A stretch of 24,668 nt of DNA from assembly GCA_016840165.1 (NCBI GenBank), contig JAEOSU010000007.1, forward strand, positions 1 to 24,668, read 5' to 3'. Source of the DNA: Promethearchaeota archaeon. Lineage in GTDB: Archaea > Asgardarchaeota > Lokiarchaeia > Sigyniarchaeales > SOKP01. The position numbers and the translations under genes were made by a program. Shown piece after piece: positions 17,545 through 24,668 of this stretch (position 1 is its first letter; each line of letters begins with the position of its first letter). The notes below the pieces were generated by a model that saw nothing but the letters and a program-made list of their open reading frames with translations, was not told where the DNA came from and did not search any database.

Positions 17545-18435
17545 ATGAAACCCAAGATCCTTGTAGTTGAAGATAACCCTGATTTGTTATTTAATATTGA
17601 ATTAATTTTAAAGAGTAATAAATATCAGCCTATAACCGCAAAAAACGGGAAAGAAGCATTAAAAATTCTTTCAAGTATAGAGCAGCCCCCAGATATTATT
17701 ATTAGCGACATAATGATGCCAGAATTGGATGGATATGAGTTCTTTAAAGAAGTGGTTAATGATCCTCGATTGAATAGTATTCCATTTATTTTTCTTTCTG
17801 CTAAAAGTTCTCATCAGGATATTAGATTAGGCAAGTTGTTAGGAGCAGATGATTATATAACTAAACCTTTTGATGAAAAAGATTTATTAGCAGTAATTTC
17901 TGGGAAAATAGCAAGGATAAATCGAGCTAAGTTGCTAAATAACATATTGAAAGAAACTGCCAGTTTAGAAAAGTCCGAAAAGGATATAAAAAAAACAATA
18001 GAAGAAAATCTATATATTTTAATAGCTTTATGGGATGATAAATTTGGTCCAAAAGTTATTGCTATATATCCTAAGGAAAAAGAGATGGAATTTTCTCTAG
18101 ATAATCTTGCTAATCAACTATTTTCTGCTTCGATATCAATCTATGGTCATGAAAAAATAACTAAGTCAGAAGATTTGTTGTTAAATCTAAGAAATTTGAA
18201 AACAGATGCTTATTTGCTATTTGATTCCTATCCAGATAAAAAGGAAAGATTTGGAGAAAAACAATATATGATTGCAGCCTTAGCGAATAAGATTAATTTT
18301 TTCCACTCTTTAGAAATTAAAAAAATCTTTTACAAGATATCAAAATCTATCAAACAAAAAGATAACTACGATTTAGCTTCAAATTGGGATATGATCCATC
18401 GAATATTGCAATCAGAAGTAAAAATAATTAGATAG
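17545..18435 (+). CDS. Response regulator: receiver domain fused to a putative longin/uDENN-like output domain
   Basis: Receiver: LVVEDN, phospho-acceptor D55 (ISDIMMP), LSA, YITKPF. The C-terminal ~140 aa (LYILIALWDDKFGPKVIAIYP...) has no HTH and follows a longin-like pattern. The receiver call is firm; the longin call is inference. Confidence 0.88.
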   Translation: MKPKILVVEDNPDLLFNIELILKSNKYQPITAKNGKEALKILSSIEQPPDIIISDIMMPELDGYEFFKEVVNDPRLNSIPFIFLSAKSSHQDIRLGKLLGADDYITKPFDEKDLLAVISGKIARINRAKLLNNILKETASLEKSEKDIKKTIEENLYILIALWDDKFGPKVIAIYPKEKEMEFSLDNLANQLFSASISIYGHEKITKSEDLLLNLRNLKTDAYLLFDSYPDKKERFGEKQYMIAALANKINFFHSLEIKKIFYKISKSIKQKDNYDLASNWDMIHRILQSEVKIIR

Positions 18436-18439
18436 AATG

Positions 18440-19381
18440 TTAAAATTGATAGAGATCGGTTGACAGATAGCGCTCTCCCGTATCACATACAATAAAAACT
18501 ATATTCTCTCCCTCTCCAAATTCTTTAGCTACAACATTTAAAGCAGCCCATGCGTTAGCGCCCGAGCTAATCCCTGCAAATATCCCTTCTAATTCAGCGA
18601 GATTTCGTGCGGTATCAACCGCATCTTGATAGGATACTTGAATAACTTGATCATAAATTTTTGTATTCAGCGTATCTGGAATGAATCCCGCTCCAATACC
18701 TTGAATTTTATGTGGACCTGGTGACCCACCTGAGAGAACAGGAGAATCTTTCGGTTCAACAGCGTAAACTTTTAATCTTTGTCCCACACGATCTTTTAAA
18801 ATCTCCCCAACCCCAGTAATAGTACCACCAGTTCCTACGCCTGCTACAAATGCGTCAACTTGTCCATCGAGGGCATTAAAGATCTCTTTTGCTGTAGTTC
18901 TTCTGTGGATATCGGGATTAGCCTTGTTTTTAAATTGTTGCGGAATAAATATATTATCTTCAACTTGAGCTAGTTCTTCCGCTTTTTCAATAGCTCCTTT
19001 CATTCCCTTTTGCTCGGGTGTTAGCATCACTTCTGCTCCATACGCTTTAAGAATCTGCACACGTTCCACAGTTACGCCATCTGGCATAATTAAAGTCAAT
19101 TTATACCCTTTAGAAGCACAGACCAGAGCAAGTCCAATTCCCGTGTTTCCAGAAGTTGGTTCAATAATTTTGGTTTCAGAATTGATAATGCCTTCCTCTT
19201 CCGCTTTGATTATCATATTCATAGCTATTCTATCCTTTATACTGCCCCCCGGATTGAAATATTCTATTTTTCCAAACAGATTCGGTTTTAAGTCTTTTGA
19301 AAGGCGATTTATTTTCACTAATGGGGTATTTCCTATTGTATCTATAATATCTTTATAATAATTTACCATTTTGCTTACCAT
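18440..19381 (-). CDS. cysK: Cysteine synthase A (O-acetylserine sulfhydrylase)
   Basis: IGNTPLV, NPGGSIKDR (PLP Lys), PTSGNTGIGLA, GVGTGGT, HKIQGIGAGFIP, DTGERYLST. Confidence 0.97.
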   Translation of the reverse strand: MVSKMVNYYKDIIDTIGNTPLVKINRLSKDLKPNLFGKIEYFNPGGSIKDRIAMNMIIKAEEEGIINSETKIIEPTSGNTGIGLALVCASKGYKLTLIMPDGVTVERVQILKAYGAEVMLTPEQKGMKGAIEKAEELAQVEDNIFIPQQFKNKANPDIHRRTTAKEIFNALDGQVDAFVAGVGTGGTITGVGEILKDRVGQRLKVYAVEPKDSPVLSGGSPGPHKIQGIGAGFIPDTLNTKIYDQVIQVSYQDAVDTARNLAELEGIFAGISSGANAWAALNVVAKEFGEGENIVFIVCDTGERYLSTDLYQF

Positions 19382-19402
19382 TTTAATTTTGAAGACTTTT
19401 TT

Positions 19403-20248
19403 TTAAATTCCACTTCCATACTCTCCGTAATAAATCTCAATATCATCTTGTTTTTTATCTGAAGACTTATTAATTAGATTCTCTAATTCTCTAATCCTTC
19501 GATCTAAGCTAGAGACAGCTAAAGCAACAGGATCTGGTAAGTCGGCATGTCTTAAATCAATTTTCTGGATCTTCTCATCTATTTTTTCAACTATTCTTCC
19601 TGGTACACCCACAACAACACTATTTGGTGGAACATCATTAATTACTACAGAATTAGCACCAACTCTAACATTATCTCCAATCTTAACGGGACCTAAAATT
19701 TTAGCTCCACTTCCCACTACTACATCATTTCCTAGTGTTGGGTGCCTTTTTTCCTGCTTTAAACTAGTACCACCAAGCACCACTCCCGAATATAAGGTGA
19801 CATTATTTCCTATCTCAGCAGTCTCTCCTATCACAAGCCCTGCGCCATGGTCTATAAAGAAATCACTCCCAATAACTGCTCCCGGATGAATATCAATAGC
19901 GGTTAATTCTATTGCAATATCAGAAATGTAGCGTGGGATAAAAGGCATGTTTAATAACCAAAAAAAATGTGCTATTCGATAAAATAAGACTGCTTTAACT
20001 CCAGGATAACTAGATAAAACTTCAATTAAAGAGTGAGCTGCAGGATCTTTTTTTAAGGCGGCATGTATATCAGAAATAAAAAAATCCAAGATCGACTGTA
20101 AATCAGTAATTATCTGCCCATGATTAAGGTCTTGAATTTTAAATTCTAACCTTAAAATACATTCAGCACAATATGGTACATCTTCACTGGTTTTTGTCTT
20201 TAGACTTTTACCGCAATTTAAACACTTAAGAAAGTTATTAAATTCCAT
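19403..20248 (-). CDS. cysE: Serine O-acetyltransferase with N-terminal CxxC-x14-CxxC extension
   Basis: DPAA...SYPG, IDIHPGAVIG, FIDHGAGLVIGET, KRHPTLG, VVVGVPGR hexapeptide repeats; C-terminus YGSGI. Confidence 0.95.
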   Translation of the reverse strand: MEFNNFLKCLNCGKSLKTKTSEDVPYCAECILRLEFKIQDLNHGQIITDLQSILDFFISDIHAALKKDPAAHSLIEVLSSYPGVKAVLFYRIAHFFWLLNMPFIPRYISDIAIELTAIDIHPGAVIGSDFFIDHGAGLVIGETAEIGNNVTLYSGVVLGGTSLKQEKRHPTLGNDVVVGSGAKILGPVKIGDNVRVGANSVVINDVPPNSVVVGVPGRIVEKIDEKIQKIDLRHADLPDPVALAVSSLDRRIRELENLINKSSDKKQDDIEIYYGEYGSGI

Positions 20249-20405
20249 GATTAAGTGGTTAATTTATTTTTAATAGTATTATGTTTAATATTTAACTAAA
20301 AATAGAAAAATCATATAAATTTAAGTTTATAATTCATAACTCCATTTATATTCCAATGGATTAAATAACATTAGTTTTGAATATTGATAAAAAAACAGGT
20401 TAAAA

Positions 20406-21584
20406 TTGAATATGACAGTCGACTGGGAACAAATTAGGAAGGAGTTTTTCCCTGCTTTAAGGGAACATACCTATATTATGGCAGCTTCCGCATCACCTAT
20501 GAATAAAAAAGCATATGAAGAGGGATTAAATTATTTAAATACTATGTTGAGACATGGGGATATATATTACGAGCAATTTAAGGAACAAGTTGATAAAAAT
20601 CGAGAAATTATAGCGAACTATATCAACGCAAAGCCTGAAGAAATCGCTTTTGTTCCAAATGTATCTGCAGGTATGAATATAATTGCTCGAATCTTAGATA
20701 AGGGAGAGTTTATTTATCCCTCAGTTGAATTTCCCGCGTCAGTACACATATTTAAAAGACTTGGTTATCCAAATAGAAAAATACACCCTACTAATAATAA
20801 ATATCTTATGGAAAACATTAAAAAGGCAACCTCAGGAGATACTAAAATGTTAATTCATAGCCATGTTCAATCTTTAACCGGATTTCGACAAAATCTGAAC
20901 GATCTAAGTGCCTTCTGTCTAAAAAATTCTTTACTAAGTATTATCAATGCTACTCAATCTTTTGGCTCATTTGAGATTGATGTGAAAAATGACCAGATCG
21001 ATGTTATGATAAGTAATACGTTAAAGTATGTTGGATGCGGTTATGGAGCGGGAGTTTTGTATATAAAGCGAGATCTGCTTAACGAAAAGGAAATCCCTTT
21101 TTCTGGTTGGTTAAGTGTGAATGATCCGTTTTCAATGGACAATGAGAATATAAAAGTAATTAATCAAATCCGTTATATGGATACTTTTGGAGGATGTCCA
21201 AACTACGGGGCACTCTTAGCATTAAAAGGAAGTTTTGATTTAATTAAAGTGCAAATAGGGAACGGAGATATTAATAAAGGAGTTAGAAGAATACAAGAGA
21301 GAATTTTAAGGTTGACAGACTTGTTTATTGAAAAGTTAATGGATTTCAATTTTAATATTATAAGTCCTTTAGAAATTGAATTTAGGTCAGGTATTATAAC
21401 AATTGAGCATCAAAAAGCAGAAGAGATTTATGAATATTTAATTAAAAATAATATATATGTAACTTTAAAAAAATTTCCTAATACTAATAAAAATACGCTA
21501 ATACGATTTTCATTTAATTATTATAATAATGAAAAAGATATTGATAGAGTAATTGAGGCTTTTAAGAAGTATAAGTTATTATAA
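20406..21584 (+). CDS. Class-V PLP-dependent enzyme (cysteine desulfurase/CefD-like fold, no catalytic Cys loop)
   Basis: PEEIAFVPNVSAG, EFPAS, HVQSLTGF, NATQSFG, PLP-Lys region SNTLKYVGCGYGAG, RSGI, IRFSFNYYN. The true start may be the ATG at 20412. Confidence 0.82.
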   Translation: MNMTVDWEQIRKEFFPALREHTYIMAASASPMNKKAYEEGLNYLNTMLRHGDIYYEQFKEQVDKNREIIANYINAKPEEIAFVPNVSAGMNIIARILDKGEFIYPSVEFPASVHIFKRLGYPNRKIHPTNNKYLMENIKKATSGDTKMLIHSHVQSLTGFRQNLNDLSAFCLKNSLLSIINATQSFGSFEIDVKNDQIDVMISNTLKYVGCGYGAGVLYIKRDLLNEKEIPFSGWLSVNDPFSMDNENIKVINQIRYMDTFGGCPNYGALLALKGSFDLIKVQIGNGDINKGVRRIQERILRLTDLFIEKLMDFNFNIISPLEIEFRSGIITIEHQKAEEIYEYLIKNNIYVTLKKFPNTNKNTLIRFSFNYYNNEKDIDRVIEAFKKYKLL

Positions 21585-21720
21585 AAATACTATAGAGTTT
21601 CTTTTAAATTAAGTAAACCAGAAGAACTTGATATTGAGTGGGCTTCAAAAATCTATTAGCTATAGTGCTTCTTTTAAAAATATCTCATACTATCTTTTTT
21701 CTGGAAATGATATATTGAAC

Positions 21721-22149
21721 TTAAGCCTTGTATAATCCTATAATCTCTGCAGAATCAATAGTATGTTCTTTGACTTTTTGCATAAAATTTCTTTTATTGA
21801 TATCCTCTAGTTTTTCAGTGTTCAAAGCAAAAACACGGAAGAAATATCTATGCGTCCCCGATGGAGGAGCAGGACCCCCGTATCCCTTTTGACCATAGTC
21901 ATTTTTTAATTCTGCTCCTGGAATAGGGCCTCCTTGGGGTATTTCATTTACATCTTGTGGAATATTACAAACTAACCAATGTATCCAATCTCCTACAGGA
22001 GCATCGGGGTCATTACAGGAGATTGCAAAACTTTTGGTATCAGTAGGAGCATCTTCCCATTTAATATGAGGTGAAACATTCCCTTTCCGATAAGAAAACT
22101 TAGCATTCAATAATTCATTATGTTTAAAGTCATCACTTATGAGTTTCAT
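21721..22149 (-). CDS. YbhB/YbcL (PEBP / Raf-kinase-inhibitor-like) protein
   Basis: NVSPHIKW, DPDAP, WIHWLVCNIP, GYGGPAPPSGTHRYFFRVFAL. The ATG at 22149 is preferred over the TTG at 22158. Confidence 0.93.
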   Translation of the reverse strand: MKLISDDFKHNELLNAKFSYRKGNVSPHIKWEDAPTDTKSFAISCNDPDAPVGDWIHWLVCNIPQDVNEIPQGGPIPGAELKNDYGQKGYGGPAPPSGTHRYFFRVFALNTEKLEDINKRNFMQKVKEHTIDSAEIIGLYKA

Positions 22150-22308
22150 GAATACCAATTAGAATAATTAAATATATAATTATTACGAATAGTAATGACA
22201 AACCATACTATTTACATAACATATAAATAAAAGTATATTCTTCTGGGTTATAGAAGAATATAGATTTTTGTTTGCAAACATAGATTCATTCCAATTTTAC
22301 GAAGTTTT

Positions 22309-24668
22309 ATGATAATCGACCAAAAAAAATTAGATAGTTTAGGAACTCAATATCAGTTGTTTATGGAGATTTTGGATGACTTTGTCCTTATTATTGAGCC
22401 AAATTCTAAATTCATCATAGAGTCGGTTAATAAATGCTCATTATTAGAAAAACTAGGTATGAATCCTGAGAACTTAATTGGTAAATCAATATTTAAATTT
22501 ATTTCCAGCGATGATGAGAAAAAATTACTAAAAATATTAAGTAAAAGCATAATAGCTGGTGAGAAGGAAGACGAGATACGTCTTAAAGCTGCTAAAACGG
22601 ACTGGATTTGGTGCAAAGTATCTAAAAAGCAGTTTAAGAATGAAAAGGATGAAAAACGGCTTTTTGTGATAATGAGAGATATCACTAAAAGGAAAAAATT
22701 AGAAGATGAATTACATTTTAATGAGGAACGATTTAAAAAGATAACAGAAACCATCCCTGAAATTCGCTTCTGGAAACTTTTTAACCCTAAACGATATGAA
22801 GAAGCATTACAAAGTTCTTACGAAATGCTCCAATTAGTTATGGAAAATATACCTCAGTATATCTATTGGAAAGATTTAGAACTAAATTACCTCGGGTGTA
22901 ATGATAATTATGCAAATTTAATTGGAATTGAACACCCAGAAAACATTATTAACAAATCTGATAAAGATTTGCTCATTGATGAATTTCAAATAAGTTTTAA
23001 TAACGAAAATGAAAGGAAAGTTATTGATACTAATAACCCCAAATTCCGTAATAGTGAGTATTGGACTTTAAAGAGTGGAGAGAAAATATGGGTCAATGTA
23101 AATAGAATTCCTTTGAATGACTCTGACGGGAAAGTTATGGGTGTGTTAATTACTTTTGATGATATAACAGAAAGAAGAAGGGCAGAAGAGGATTTATTTA
23201 GACAACACGAAAGACTAGAAAGGATAATGGAGACTAATCCAGCAGGCATTATTTCAGTTGATAATGAAGGTAATATTGTTTATGCTAATTCTCAAGCTGA
23301 GAGAGTTCTACAATTTCCTAAAGATGAATTAATTAAGGAGAAAATCTTTACCTCGCTATTTAGATTTGTTGATGCGAAAGGGAATGATATACCAAAGGAA
23401 AAGCTCCCTTTTCAAGTCATTTCCCGTACAAAAAAGCCGATATTTGATTTGAATCTATATTTAGAGTTACCGAACAAGAATCTCATTTTATTATCAATTA
23501 ACGGAACACCCCTAAAAAAAGATGACGAAATTGAAAACATAATTTTTACTGTAGATGACGTAACAGAACGAGAGTTGGCTAAACAAAAAATTAAAGAATC
23601 AGAGGAAAAGTATAGGGATTTATTAGAAACCTCTTCAGTTGGGATTATAGAAATTAATATTGAGAATGAACGAGTGTCTTATCTTAATCCTAAGTTATTA
23701 GAATTAATCGGATATCAAGAAAAAAAGGATATTTATAAAAAATTTATTGAGGAAATTATTCATCCTGATGATGTAAAGAGACTTTTTCGTAGTTCTGAAG
23801 ATAAAGAGTTAGAATTTCGTATTATATCGAAGGATGGAAAATTAAAGTGGCTGAAAGGTAAAAAATCAAATCAATACAATGAAGCAGGGGAAATTATAAG
23901 TTTTCGATTATGGTTAGAAGATGTTACGGAGAAAAAAATGTATGAGGAGCTAATCTATGAGTTGAATATAAACTTCTTAAACTTCACTACAAATATTCAA
24001 ACCAATATTCAACTACTCTTAAAGACTTGCTTGAAATTGTTAAATGGGGATTTTGCGATTTATGTTAATAAGTATCAGCATGAAAGCGAGAAATTAAATT
24101 GGATTATTACCACGAGAGACGATGTTGAAACTATGCCCGAAGCTGAATTTACAGAAAAACTGTTTGTAAACGAATTATTTAATGAAAAGCATGATTTTCC
24201 CCAGATATTCAATGATATTGACAAATTGGAATACGCTCAAACCGATAAATATATAAAAGAGAATAATATTAAGCATGGCTATGGTAAATTAATAATGTCG
24301 GGTACCGATCTAAATGAATGCTTATGTATAATGTATAAAGAATACCCAACTATTACCAATCAGAACCAACTAGTATTGTTTCTTATATGTGATGCTATTG
24401 AGATTGAACAAAAGCGTTGGCAGGTACAACAACATTTAGAGGAACAGAATAGAACTCTAAGTGAAATCAACAAATTAAAAACAGACCTATTTTCAAGAAC
24501 CTCACATGAACTTAAAACTCCATTAATATCAATAAAAGGATTTACAGAATTATTATTAAAGCTCCATTATCAAAAGTTAGACAAAGAAATTGTGTCTATC
24601 TTAGAAGAAATCCAAAAAGGGAGTAAAAGATTAGAAGATTATATAAATACAATCGTTGAGAGCTCAAA
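22309..24668 (+). CDS. Cytoplasmic multi-PAS sensor histidine kinase (3'-truncated by window; absent from ORF track)
   Basis: Frame 1 opens after the TAG at 22261, first ATG at 22309 (MIIDQKKL...). Four PAS/PAC ends (RDITKRK, DDITERR, DDVTERE, EDVTEKK), then a possible GAF-like segment and H-box TSHELKTPLISIKGF (His codon 24505). No TM segments seen. Confidence 0.92.
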   Translation, partial: MIIDQKKLDSLGTQYQLFMEILDDFVLIIEPNSKFIIESVNKCSLLEKLGMNPENLIGKSIFKFISSDDEKKLLKILSKSIIAGEKEDEIRLKAAKTDWIWCKVSKKQFKNEKDEKRLFVIMRDITKRKKLEDELHFNEERFKKITETIPEIRFWKLFNPKRYEEALQSSYEMLQLVMENIPQYIYWKDLELNYLGCNDNYANLIGIEHPENIINKSDKDLLIDEFQISFNNENERKVIDTNNPKFRNSEYWTLKSGEKIWVNVNRIPLNDSDGKVMGVLITFDDITERRRAEEDLFRQHERLERIMETNPAGIISVDNEGNIVYANSQAERVLQFPKDELIKEKIFTSLFRFVDAKGNDIPKEKLPFQVISRTKKPIFDLNLYLELPNKNLILLSINGTPLKKDDEIENIIFTVDDVTERELAKQKIKESEEKYRDLLETSSVGIIEINIENERVSYLNPKLLELIGYQEKKDIYKKFIEEIIHPDDVKRLFRSSEDKELEFRIISKDGKLKWLKGKKSNQYNEAGEIISFRLWLEDVTEKKMYEELIYELNINFLNFTTNIQTNIQLLLKTCLKLLNGDFAIYVNKYQHESEKLNWIITTRDDVETMPEAEFTEKLFVNELFNEKHDFPQIFNDIDKLEYAQTDKYIKENNIKHGYGKLIMSGTDLNECLCIMYKEYPTITNQNQLVLFLICDAIEIEQKRWQVQQHLEEQNRTLSEINKLKTDLFSRTSHELKTPLISIKGFTELLLKLHYQKLDKEIVSILEEIQKGSKRLEDYINTIVESS

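Noticed and set aside
9022-19358. Short ORFs 9022-9222, 9789-10019, 12120-12383, 12937-13176, 16933-17118, 17227-17442, 17318-17536 and 19143-19358
   Set aside because: Antisense to fwdA, cysS, the kinase or cysK; no independent support.
22353-23249. Minus-strand ORFs 22353-22754 and 22986-23249
   Set aside because: Antisense shadows of the plus-strand PAS kinase.
1-24668. CRISPR arrays, IS elements or integrase/att sites at the tRNA
   Set aside because: No spaced repeats, transposase or integrase ORFs, and no duplicated tRNA 3' end were seen by eye.

Overview
AT-rich, gene-dense archaeal chromosomal segment. The content (FwdA, HypD/HypF, a standalone roadblock/LC7 protein, a Rag-like small GTPase, a longin-like domain, an intron-containing tRNA) points to an Asgard archaeon, probably Lokiarchaeia; this is inference, not a database result. 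Left to right: hypD (3' part), hypF, an ArsB/NhaD-type permease, two convergent purF paralogs (one lacking the catalytic Cys1), mobA, a membrane protein, an orphan fwdA, roadblock, a PIG-L-family deacetylase, cysS, tRNA-Cys(GCA), an Lrp regulator with a Cys-rich tail, a four-gene cluster (ArsR, Rag-like GTPase, MASE3 histidine kinase, receiver-longin fusion), cysK, cysE with an N-terminal CxxC pair, a class-V PLP enzyme, YbhB/YbcL, and a multi-PAS histidine kinase that runs off the right edge and is missing from the ORF track. Two signals stand out. (1) A two-component system whose response-regulator output looks like a FLCN/SMCR8/NPRL2-type longin domain with a candidate arginine finger, encoded two genes downstream of a RagC-like GTPase; it could be a phosphorelay-controlled GTPase switch. 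(2) A tRNA-Cys with a long variable arm, a predicted D-loop (15/16) intron and an A18/G55 elbow, directly upstream of cysS. No mobile elements or CRISPR arrays were seen.
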